NCBI GenBank assembly: GCA_013265495.1 | Contig: MU058337.1 | Location: 6,988,716-7,052,715 of the forward strand | Source: Vicugna vicugna | Lineage: Eukaryota | DNA: 64,000 bases | Direction of reading: 5' to 3' | Part shown: positions 40,529 to 51,674 of the stretch, in pieces | Layout of the letters: each line of letters opens with the position of its first letter | How positions within the stretch are numbered: the first letter of the stretch is position 1 | Position numbers and translations under genes: made by a program | Notes under the pieces: model-generated | Database searches by the model: none | What the model was told of the DNA's origin: nothing | What the model saw: the letters and a program-made list of their open reading frames with translations, nothing else

Positions 40529-40625
40529 GTTAGAGGGTACATAAGAGAAACAGCCTTCCTCCTCCTGTTTTAAATAAAATACATTCAACTAGGAGTGATT
40601 TAGGTAATCTGTTTCGCTGTTTTAG

Positions 40626-40693
40626 ATGATGAGCAAAGCAAGTTGGAAGGTTCTGGTTCCGGTTTGGATAGCTACCTGCCTGAACTTGCCAAG
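40626..40693 (+). CDS. DOCK9: DOCK9 exon ~9 (DDEQSKLEGSGSGLDSYLPELAK)
   Basis: ttttag|AT ... AAG|gtaacg; 68 nt. Confidence 0.96.
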
Positions 40694-41139
40694 GTAACGT
40701 CATCTTAAATCTTCTGCTCTTCATGGAATGATGTTGAAATGATTAACAGTTACATGGTAGGAAATTATTAAAATGAGGCTGTAGTTATTGCTGTTATTTG
40801 ACCTAAATATTTGGTGAGGTGAAGTACATTACTGCATCAGATTTTAGTCTGTTTTCCAGGAAGTGCCTTACAAAGTATTCTCTTTTTATTATTCTTTGTC
40901 CCCCCTCATAATATTTAACACCATGAGTATTAAAGAAATAACCCAGATGCACAGATAAATGTTTCCATAGTGACATGTTACTTACTGTGTTCACACACAT
41001 GCTTTCTTTATTCAAGTTAGTAGATACCGTTCCAAAGAGTATGGATCCATAGTAATCTTGTTACTAAACCAGAGGACTGTCTGAGCTATAGGAATTCTTC
41101 ATGGATCACTCTGAGTGGGGGGAAAAAATCAGTTATACT

Positions 41140-41690
41140 TGGTTTTTATAATTTTGAGAAACTTAAAAGTTACTGAAAAGCACAAAGAACAAAACAGCCA
41201 TATTCCCACCACCCCAGTTCAATACCTGTTACTATTTTTTTTTCAGCTTCCATATTTTTTAAAGAAATAAATTATCAGTTATATTTGAAATTCTTTTTTA
41301 AACATTATCTTTCTACATTCCCTCCTTCCTCCACAACCCCAACTAGAGGCAACCACTATCATGAGTTTTCTGGAGTTACTTCCATTTAATTTTTATATTT
41401 TACCAATGTATCTGTCATAAATGGCTGTGTTTTGTATGTTTAATATGTTATATAAATGTTAATGTATTATTCTGCCCTTGCTTTTATTTTTAATTCAGCC
41501 TTGTTTTTTGAGATCCATCCAAGTTGGTGCATAGATCTAATTCATCCCTTTTATTGCACTGTGTAAGCATTTTATTTTAACAGTTCTGTTATTTCCAATT
41601 TTTTTCTATTACAAACAATGCTACAATGAATATCCTTGTACTCATCTCATTGCGTGCATCTGTGAATGACTCTTTTTAAATGAGAGAAGT
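41140..41690 (-). mobile_element. old L1M fragment
   Basis: AGAGGCAACCACTAT, TTTTGAGATCCATCCA, TATTACAAACAATGCTACAATGAATATCCTTGTAC. Confidence 0.7.
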
Positions 41691-43354
41691 ATCTTTGTCT
41701 TCTTTGGCCCTTTATATTCTTACTCTGTTACTGCCTTTCTATTCTTTTTTTTTTCTTTTTTTCCAAATGCAGTGAAACAGAGACCCTACACACCCACATC
41801 TTAAACACTGTAATAGAAGACATGGTTTATCTATATACGATTATAAATAGACTAGCATCCAACATTGACCTTTACTTTTAGGCAGCATGGCTGTTCTAAA
41901 ATATAAAATCTCCCTCCCTGGCTAGGACTTTAGAGTATTGTTTTTCTTTAGAACTTGACTGTTACTGCAGTATCTTTTTAGCACCTGCCTATTAAAGCTA
42001 ATTTTAGTGCCACCATTGTAACCTCCTCCTAGACTGGGAAGAGTTTTGGCTTGTGTGTTTTGTGTTTTCATGTTACGAACTTCTGGGTATCATATTTTGC
42101 ACTCAGATTTGCTTTTTGTTTCTGGATGTTTGGGGGTTCATAATTTCTCAAAGCAAAATGTTTGTTGAGATAGATAATAGATGCAGTGCAATCTAGAATT
42201 CAAAAAGTAACTTTCTACATTTACTGGGTGAACACAGTGGATACCTAGGAAAAGACTCATATTATTTGAGCCTAATGTTGATTAACTAGAAATCTGTATT
42301 TTTTCCTGTGAAGACCTATAGAAGTAGTGCTTTCCTTTCTTCTCTTACTGCCTACTATCAGCATAATGCATAATTCTTTGATTCTAAGACCTGAGCTATA
42401 TATATCACATATATTTATTCTTTAAAAATGTATATATAACATATTTGGAGCTGTTTTCAAACTGTGGGTAATGACCAAGTTAGCTGAAGCTATTTTAGTT
42501 GGTAAAAATCAGTTAAATTTGTTTCAACCTCCATTTCTTACTTTTGGTTTTGATTTTTTATTTTCTTATGGAAGTAGAACTTACATAGAGTAAAATACTC
42601 AGATAGCAGTCGGATTTCACCTTTGTACACCCACACGACCACCACCCACATCGACACAGAGAACACTTCCAGCACCTCAGCAGACTGTCTTGTATCCTCT
42701 TCTCAGCTGAGACCCATGTTATTTTGACCTCTGACACTGTAGGTTAGTTTTGACTGATTTAGACCTTCCTAAAAGTGGAATTATGCATACATACTCCGTG
42801 TCAGGCTCCTTTAGCTCAATATTATGTGACCCAGATTTTTAAAAAATGGATACAATTGAATAGAAAATATTAAAGTACCCTGCTCTTAATAATGATAGAT
42901 ATTATTTAAGTGATATATATATATAGTGTGTGTGTGTGTGTGTGTTGGGTTGTGATGTAAATGTATTTCTTACTGTGGGTCACGGTCAGAGCCTAAAAAG
43001 TGCAGCATTATAAGGGGCGTAACTGTTGTTTCTTTTCCCCCAGCTCTCAAATGTTTTAAAACCATTTTAACTTAAGAAGGTAGAAACAGGCAGAAGGTAA
43101 TTTTTCAAAGGGAAAAAGAAAAAAAGAAAATGAAGATGTGCTGTCACTCATTAGTACGCTGCCCTCCACTTGTGGGGCGGGTGTCTGTTGGTGATGCCTC
43201 TTGTCCACCTTGGGAGGGGCCCAGGCTCCAGTGTGCCCGGCTCCCAGCCTCATCCTCATCCAGAACCCAGTGTGCGAGTGGTTTTGGCTGTTTTCACCCT
43301 CTCCAGGGTATCTGGGTAAAGGATCATTTGCTCCTGTCAAGAAAGCAGGGAGAG

Positions 43355-43469
43355 ATCCTTTTGTAGTTCATAAGCGTGATGATTGGGTGTTCACGCGACT
43401 GTGTGACGTGTGCCTCCCTCGAACCTTGTTACGACGTCGGCACATTACCCGTCTGACGTAAAAAAAAAA
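43355..43469 (+). pseudogene. SNORD13: U13 box C/D snoRNA retrocopy (full length, A-tailed, TSD-flanked)
   Basis: ATCCTTTTGTAGTTCATAAGCGTGATGATTGGGTGTTCAC...GAACCTTGTTACGACGTCGGCACATTACCCGTCTGAC matches U13. Box C 43376-43382, box D 43453-43456, A10 tail, TSD AAGAAAGCAGGGAGA at 43339-43353 and 43468-43482. Confidence 0.93.
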
Positions 43470-44283
43470 GAAAGCAGGGAGATTGACTGATACCTGGTCA
43501 CCCTGATTTTAGAAGTGGATTCCAGTGTTGCAGAATCTGAGACTGAATAGGGGGTGGTCCGGGGAGAGGGTGCGAGGCTCGAGGCCCACAGCTATGCAAG
43601 GAGGGAGAGTTGAGTCAGGGGTGAGGAAGTTGAGAGGTCAGTACCGGGGGACGGTCCATGGGGAGATCCGGCCACAGTTAAGCTGGACTGTAGAGAAAGG
43701 ACTAGAGCGATGGGGCCCAGCAAGGTGTAATTTAACAGCAGGACCCTCTCAGGTCAGCTCCTCTTTCTGCTTCATTCATCCTGTTGCCCTGGCTTTTGTT
43801 TTCCGCTGTGACTGAGACATAACCAAACAGGATATGAGAGACAGGAAGTTGTTTTAGTACAAAAATAGCTGGTGTCTCATTGTGGAATGAAATGGAAGGG
43901 CCCTTGACACACCATAGGAGTGATGTGGACTTAGGTTTTTAGAATATTTTGTATTTTCCTGGCCCTTAGATTGCTTGTACATTCAGTACAAAACATCTTT
44001 ATTGTTTACTTATGGGGACATACTGTGTATACCCTAAAACCTGTTCTTTTCCTCCTATTGTCTAATATGAATCCAAACGTATGTTTGCTGTAAATGAAAC
44101 AGCATTTATAGTATCAGAGTACAATAGTCTTATAAACATTTTTATTAAATACACAAACTGGATTTAAAGTTAGTTAATTGGTTTCTTCCCTACAGAGTCA
44201 AGGGGTAATAGGATCATGTTGTAAACCGATTACTATCTAGTCACTTTTTTTCTGGTTGCATTTATCTTTGGCACCATTGGAAC

Positions 44284-44284
<1 letters not shown>

Positions 44285-44347
<63 letters not shown>
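44285..44347. repeat. (TCTG)3(TCTA)12 tetranucleotide STR
   Basis: Read directly from the sequence. Confidence 0.97.
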
Positions 44348-45339
44348 CACCTCCTGTGTAGAGATAGTGTGAGGAAAACCCTCATGCTCCTGCCTTGTAT
44401 TTTCCTCCATAGCTTTTCTCTTTTTGAGCTCTTTTTGTTCTCAAAGAACAACGGCTCACTCTTAATTTGGTCTCCCCATGTGGTTCTGAAAGAGAAGTAT
44501 TGTTTCATGTTAATCCGAAATTGCTCACATCCTATTATTTTGTAACTTCTTTTTCACAAATGAATTTACCTTTCTGGGTAAATCTTCCACAGTTGAGCAC
44601 AGGATAATGTGTGGTGTCTCAAACTTTATACTCTCATCGAGCCTTGGAAGCGGTGGAAACAAAGCATGACAGCTCTTTAAATTAAAAAGTATATATTCTG
44701 GCCTCAAAGGATTTTGCTAAGTCTCCTTATTTCCAAACTCTTCTGTTTAAATGAGCCAACAGTCAACACAGTATTTTTCTGGTAACTCATCCTCAAAACA
44801 TGACGTGGCTGACCTTCGTCTTTGGTTTAATGTTTTACCTCCTCAGAGATAAACTTAAGATGCAGAGTATGCCTAAACTCTTCAGCAGTTCTCCTGGAAA
44901 CCCTTAAATGTTTGGTCCATGACCGCCTCTTAAACCAAGGAAGAAAACATCGCTGGGGCCTCGTCATTAGTGATCTAAGGTTTACGGGAGTTGGGGAGAA
45001 TAGCCTTCACTTCAGACACATCATTCTCTTCTGTGATTTCTGAGCAAGAGTCAGATTTTGCAGAGAATGACTCTGTCATTGTCACTTTTCTTTCTCCATT
45101 TTCCTCTCCTTTCCCTCTGTTCTGAACCCAGAATGTTAGAGGGGCAGTGGGTAGGATGGCAGCAGCAGGTTTGAGGAAGAACCGGTTCAGTTCTTCCTAC
45201 ACACACACTATGGACTGACCACAGGTTATTTTAAGAGCAGAGCTGGTTTTGACACTTTGAGAAGTGCTGGACATCATAGTCTGTGGGATATTTTTTTACA
45301 GCTGTATTTTGTGGGCCCTTAGACTGGGAAAGTACGTAT

Positions 45340-46060
45340 TATAGGAATTTATTTTATTGCCTTTTCTAAAATTTAAGTAAAAATAAATGTGCTTGCTATA
45401 GTGAGTAAAAACATTCAACATTGTATGAAGAAAAGTTCATCTTTTCCCTTCAGCCTCCATCCCCACGTTCCTGAGAGCACCAGTCTTATTAACCTGCTGT
45501 GATTCCTCTTTCACCAAACCAGTTGCTTGTGGAAACATGTACACATATATGTAGTATTTTTAGTAATTTTTTTAAAAAGATATGCTCTTGATAGATACAT
45601 TACTCTGAAACTTATTCTATCACTTAAAAATGTTTCAGAGATGCCTCTCTGGGGCCATAGAGGATTTAGTTCACCCATTTTCATAGCTTTGTAATATTCC
45701 GCCTGTGGCTACTGCACACTTTATTCAGCCATCTCTATCCGTGAGTGTTTAGATAATTTTCAGTTGTTAGCCTCTACAGACAGTGCACAATAAACATCAT
45801 GACATATTTATAAGCTTACTTACGCTCTTATTTCTGTAGGAGAAATTCCCCAAGGCGGGATTTCTGGGTCACAGTCGATTGTGTTTTTAACGCTGTAAGT
45901 ATTGCCAGGTTACTTTACCACAAGGTTCCTATTTCTTTGCATCCTCAGCAGAGGAGTCAAAAATGGTATTTTACTGCTTTCATTTGTATCTGCTGCTTAA
46001 TAGTGATGTTTTTCATGTATTTATTTACCATTTGGTTTTCCACTCTCTGACTTCCCTGTT
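45340..46060 (-). mobile_element. old L1M fragment
   Basis: ATAAACATC, TATTTCTGTAGGAGAAATTCCC...GGGATTTCTGGGTCA motifs. Ends approximate. Confidence 0.6.
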
Positions 46061-47017
46061 CGTAGTCTTTACTTTTTTTTTTTTTGGTCTAATAGTTCAA
46101 GAGTCTGGGCTCTGAAGCCAGGCAGTCTCAGTTAGAAGCCAGGCTTCTGTTTACTATTGTGAGTTTGGGGCAAAATATTTACCTCTCGTGCCTCAATATT
46201 TTCTCTTAAACATGGATAATAATAAGACTGGCTTCCTAAGGTTGTACAAAATTTAAATTTGCACTTAGGATAACATCTAGCATAGAGATGTTGGCTATTA
46301 ATCAATAAATGATCACTTTTATCATAACAGTGCTTTCAAATATTAATTTTTCCTGTTTTCAGGGCAAAGCCCTGCCCTTTCTGAGCCACATTTTCTTACT
46401 GCCTAGGTTTTACTTGGTGATTCCTTCAAACACTGTCTGTCAGGTGTTCCCTCTGTTTAAAGCATTCTAGGCCTTGGGGTGGCTTGTAGCACCTACTACT
46501 GATGTTTCTGTTAGAAAACATCATGGATTGTATACAAAGTAAAGCAAATTCTTTGGGTTCAGTCAAGTGTATTCTATATGCACATGTCCTGGCCCTGTTG
46601 ATGTGAAAATTAAGAAAGGTGATGGGCAAGGTAGAATTAAAACATTGTCCCACGCCCCGACCCCAGCATAGGCCCACGCTTTCCTCTGTAAGCGTGGACA
46701 GATGGTCTGTAGGAATGTCCCATAGCCTCCAGAAGCCTTAAAGCCTCATGGAGAGCATCAGGATAGACTTTGTCGTGGAAGGAGACTTGAACTGTCATCC
46801 TGTTGAACATTTTTACTTAGAAATAAAAATGGAGTCCAGGGAGGCTAAGTGGCTTGCTCAAGTTCACACAGCTAGTTAGTGGCTGAACTAGCACTAGAAC
46901 CCAGTTTCTTAGTTAACATTCTGGTGGTCATTTCATTTTGCTAGACGTAGATAGGTTGTTAAATATAGTCATGATAGTGTTTGGGTCATTGCTAAGAACC
47001 TATTATAACAACTACCT

Positions 47018-47147
47018 GGTGGGAAGGGTGTAGCTCAAGTGGTAGAGCACATGCTTAGCATGCACGAGGTCGCAGGTTCAATACCCTATACTTCCTCTAA
47101 TAAATAATAAATAAACTTAATTACCCCCCCAAAACAACTAAAAAAAA
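47018..47147 (+). mobile_element. tRNA-derived SINE (camelid Vic-1 type)
   Basis: GGGAAGGGTGTAGCTCAAGTGGTAGAGCACATGCTTAGCATGCACGAGGTC...GGTTCAATACCC...AATAAATAAAC.TAATTACCCCCC plus A-tail. Confidence 0.9.
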
Positions 47148-47559
47148 GAGTAACATGGAAGAATGCAATGTGTATTTGAGTGTGTGTATGCATGTAACAC
47201 GTGGACATAAAATGTTACATTATCATTTAAAAAAATAACTATGGCTGAGAAAATTAAAAAAGTGCTTCATTTTATTGGCTGTGGTTAAAAATGTAATAAT
47301 AGACCTCTTTAGGCCACCAGCAGAGAGGACAAGATGCCTTCTCCCCTATGGCTGTCACTGCCCATCATGTGCTGAGATGTGACTCATGGTCTTTGGGCAA
47401 AGGAGCAGATGAGAGAGGACATTCTATTCTGACTCTATCAGCTTAACCATGGAGATTAACGTGGAGAGTAACAAAGAGCTCTGACTGCCAAGAACAGTAT
47501 ATAGATTTAGAGGCTTCCGGTGTGAGGAATAATGTGTTTGGAGACGATTTCTATCTTGT

Positions 47560-48530
47560 GAATGTCCTAGAAGCTTCCGCTTCTTCCTGTTCCCAAACCC
47601 TACTTCTCCAGCCCCCATCTCTCACTGTATGTCTCTTTCCCTCAGTGACTTCTTCTGTCCATCCCTTCGGTGTTGGGACCCCTGGGCTTCTGTTCACAGA
47701 CTGAGTTTCACTCTTTCCCCAGGGAATCTCACCCACTCCCAAGACTTCCATCCCCCGCCCTGTGCTGATGTTCTCCAGGTTGGTAATTCCAGCCTCCCTC
47801 CCTACCCTCTGCTCAAGTTCCATCTCTCTAGCTGTCTACTGGATTTTCCCAGTTGGTAATCCCACAGGCATCTCCAAACTCCACTCTACCATTTTCTTCA
47901 CAAACCTGCCCTTCCTCCTGAATTACCTGAGTTAATGGATTGACCAGGCTACCCCAGCTAGGGAGGTGAGATTTGTTATGGGCCTTGCTGTGAGACTGGG
48001 AGGCTGTTGTGATCAGGAGAGACCACGTGGACCTCCTAGTCTTTCCCTTTTTAATCCATTGCTTCAGCCCTACCTGAGTGGTGGATCTAAAATGCAGAAC
48101 TGGTTATTTTATTCCCTTGCTTAAAATACTGCAGGACTTTTTTGGATTCTGAAATCCCCAGGCCTTCACATACAAATCCCAGACTCACTTCTCTTTTGTC
48201 ATCACATCCAGCCATTTAGTTGTAATGAATGACTTGGTCATTGCTCAGGTGTGACTTGTACCTTAGTACCTCCTCTTAGAATGCCCTCTTCTCCTTTTCT
48301 GGCCAAATGTCCCTGTCCTTCAAAATGGGCCTTCCTCTGGGAGCTATTTCCTGACAGTCATCCCTAGTGAAGGTTAGCTCACTGTACCGTGCAATTTCTT
48401 TTGCCATTCGTATTGCTGATTATATTCTATCTTCGCAGATGATGATCCCCAGTTCCTTGGGGATAGGGAGTTAATTTTATTTGTGTTTGTGTCCCTAGCC
48501 CAACATAGGTGCTCATAAATATTTAATGAA
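47560..48530 (+). mobile_element. L2 fragment
   Basis: CTACTGGA..TT.CC...TGG...TCCCACAGGCATCTC.AAACTC, CCCTTGCTTAAAA, TAGGTGCTCATAAATATTT..TGAA. Confidence 0.65.
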
Positions 48531-49153
48531 CTAGCAACTCCTCCTTTTGCCTGCCACAAGCACTTATGGCTTTCCTTCAAGATCTGCTGTAGTTTTCTTT
48601 ATTCTGTCATCCAGAGTATACTCCTTCCTCTTCCTTTGCTTGCATGCTCAGTCTTAGGTTGGCCTCTAAATCCTTTCTACCATCTGGGCTCATTTCCACT
48701 CTCAGCATCTGTCTATTCTGTGCATCCTTTTCATTCAGTCTGAAATGTTTAATGTTTTCCTCCTTTTTGCTGTCTAAATTCCACCCCTTCATTCACAGCT
48801 CATCCCTTAGTCCATTACTTTATGAAGCCCTTCTTGATAACAATGATTAATGATCCTCTTTTGCTTTCCGTGCACTGGTTTTGACTCTCCAACTGATTGT
48901 CAGCTTCACACGGGCAGAGATAAAGTCTTAACTTCTCTTTTCCCCTACAGCCCTTACACAGTGTGCTATATACTCGATAATCTATCCTTGTTCACTGACA
49001 TGCAGGTCATTCTCCAAGGTGACGGCAGAGCTGTCCGGAAATCAGCTCTTCAGGATGGGGTAGCATAGCTCTCAAACATATTTAGACACCTCTGTAAGGA
49101 AAAGTTCTTTTCTTTTTAATGTAATTTTTATTTTTTGTTTGTCTTGTTATCAG

Positions 49154-49228
49154 AGTACCAGAGAGGCAGAAATCAAACTGAAAAGTGAAAGCAGAGTTAA
49201 GCTTTTTTACTTGGACCCAGATGCCCAG
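49154..49228 (+). CDS. DOCK9: DOCK9 exon ~10 (STREAEIKLKSESRVKLFYLDPDAQ)
   Basis: tatcag|AGT ... CAG|gtaaga; 75 nt. Confidence 0.97.
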
Positions 49229-49861
49229 GTAAGAATTATTTTAATATTTAAAATTTAAAACTAAGTCAAGGTCAGTTACTTGTTTCTTTATTTATATGCT
49301 TTCTTGTACCTATATTTATATTTATATTTATGTATATTTTGGATTGACAACTAACATAACAATATAGAACATACAGGGGATAGAGGAAAAATGAAAATAA
49401 CCTGTAATCTCATTACCACAGCACAACCGTTGTGAATATTTGATATTCAATAGATTGTTAGAAATTGGTGGAGATTTACCCAAAGACACTGTCAAGTCCA
49501 CAAAGAACTTACATGATTTACCCCATAAAATCACCAGCAGAAAATAACAAGCATCACTGCAGATGCCCAGTAGACGGTGATCTTCCCTGACTAGCCCAAG
49601 CTCAGTCCCAGGTACAAGCCTTGCAGTGCATGTGGTCCACGTCTCTGTCCCAATAACATCCAGAACACCGTGCGGTGAGGGCTTCCAAGACTGCCCACCA
49701 ACAGGCTGCTCTGATGGGACATTGTTCTGCCGTATTTCCTCCAGTAGTTTCCTCTTCTTCATCTATTTTTTTTTTAAATGGAACTACTTTTCCCCATTTT
49801 CCAATGTTCACAGACTTCATAGCCATATATATGTGTATATATAGTTTTTTTGCTTTTTGAC

Positions 49862-50318
49862 AATTTTTTAATTTATTATGGTAAAGTATGCATAATATAA
49901 AATTGGCCATTTTAACCACTTTTAAGTGTGCAGTTCAGTGGTGTTAAGTAGATTCACATTATTGTACAACTATCACTGCTACCCATTTCCAGAACTTTTT
50001 AATCCTCCCCAGCAGAAATTCTGTACCCATTAAACAACTCACCACTCCTCCCTCCCATCACCCCCTAGTAACCTCTATTCTATTTTCTGTCTCTATGAAT
50101 TTGCCTATTGTAGGAAGCTCGTGTATGTGGAATCATACAACATTTGCCTTTTTATGTCCAGTTTGTTCCACTTACCTTGTTTTCAGGGTCCATTCTTATT
50201 GTAACATGTGTCAGAATTTCATTCCTTTTATGGCTGAGTAACATTCCACTGTATATGTACACCACATTTGGTTTATAGATTCTTCTGTTGATGGACACTG
50301 GGGTTGTTCATCCATTGA
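49862..50318 (-). mobile_element. L1MB-like 3' end
   Basis: CCATTTTAACCACTTTTAAGTGTGCAGTTCAGTGG...GTGGAATCATACAA...TTCCTTTTTATGGCTGAGTAA. Confidence 0.85.
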
Positions 50319-50495
50319 GTAGATATACCATTTATTTGGCCATTATTATATACTATATAAATGTGTAAAACAGTAATACTATTGTGAGTAAATGAATATT
50401 TCCATATTTTAGCAGTTTCTTTAGGGTACATTTGTTATGGGACATTTTTAATGGGAACATTATATGTTTATATATATTTACATTTTCTTTTAAAG

Positions 50496-50636
50496 AAGCT
50501 TGACTTCTCATCAGCTGAGCCGGAAGTGAAGCCATTTGAAGAGAAGTTTGGAAAAAGAATTCTCGTCAAGTGCAACGATTTATCTTTCAATTTGCAGTGC
50601 TGTGTTGCCGAAAATGAAGAAGGACCGACTACAAAT
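50496..50636 (+). CDS. DOCK9: DOCK9 exon ~11 (KLDFSSAEPEVKPFEEKFGKRILVKCNDLSFNLQCCVAENEEGPTTN)
   Basis: ttaaag|AAG ... AAT|gtaatt; 141 nt. Confidence 0.96.
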
Positions 50637-50955
50637 GTAATTTTCCTTTTAAAAAATGAAGATTAAATAAATATATTCAGAGGTTTCAGATGTGTCTGTT
50701 GCAGTGCAGTAAGGACTTGGCAGTCCTAGCTCCTGGTATCAGAGAGGTGCAGGCAGATTGGGGTGCAGAGGGCTATTCAGACTGCAGGGACGGGATGCTT
50801 GTGGTACAGGGCAGGGGTGGAAGCTCTGGCTCTTCAGCAGTCATTTATAGTAACAGTCATAAATAGGTCTGGTAGTTTCTTCTCTGATTGCAGCATTCTT
50901 TTTTTCCCGACAGTTTGAGCCATAGTGATGGTCTTGATTGTTTTGTTTTGTTCAG

Positions 50956-51159
50956 GTAGAGCCTTTTTTTGTTACTCTTTCCCTGTTTGACATAAAATAC
51001 AACCGAAAGATTTCTGCCGATTTCCACGTGGACCTGAACCACTTCTCAGTGAGGCAGATGCTGGCCGCCACATCCCCGGCTCTGATGAACGGTGGTAGGC
51101 AGAGCTCACCTGCCCTGCAGGACATCCCTCATGAAGCTGCCATGCAGTATCCGAAGCAG
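50956..51159 (+). CDS. DOCK9: DOCK9 exon ~12 ([29 protein letters not shown]...AAMQYPKQ)
   Basis: gttcag|GTA ... CAG|gtgagg; 204 nt. Confidence 0.97.
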
Positions 51160-51551
51160 GTGAGGGGGCGGGAGCCCACTGGTCATGCTACTAAGACTTA
51201 TCTTGCACACACTACATAAACACATAATGTGACTTTGTAATGCACAGCTGGGACAAATGAGACTGTTACTATATTGACAGCATGTATAATTAGTAAAAGC
51301 AAGCTAAAAGAGAAGTGATTTTTGATTTCTTATTTCTTTTCTCTAAACTTTCCACTAGTTGCCACCTCCACCAAGTAGACTTTTTGATCAGACAGTGAAC
51401 TACTTGATGAGTTAACCAAGTTGGCCCTGGGTGCTTCTGAATAGCTACACTGTTTCAGTGCTCTTTGCTGCTTTAGAATCTTTAATGTTCATGGGATTTG
51501 TTTAACGTGGCCGTAAATTCTACTCATGGAACAAAATCGTTTGATCCCTAG

Positions 51552-51674
51552 GGAATATTTTCGGTCACGTGTCCTCATCCTGATATATTTCTTGTGGCTA
51601 GAATTGAAAAAGTGCTTCAAGGGAGCATCACGCATGGCGCTGAGCCATACATGAAAAGTTCAGACTCTTCTAAG
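51552..51674 (+). CDS. DOCK9: DOCK9 exon ~13 ([41 protein letters not shown])
   Basis: ccctag|GGA ... AAG|gtaagg; 123 nt. Confidence 0.97.

Noticed and set aside
43422..43435. Antisense 16S/18S rRNA signature (ACCTTGTTACGAC) suggesting an rRNA fragment or contamination
   Set aside because: It is the 18S-complementary guide inside the U13 copy.
47021..47095. Possible tRNA gene (also at 26980-27050 and 30850-30920)
   Set aside because: These are tRNA-like A/B boxes with no proper acceptor stem or T-run terminator, followed by a SINE tail. They are SINEs.
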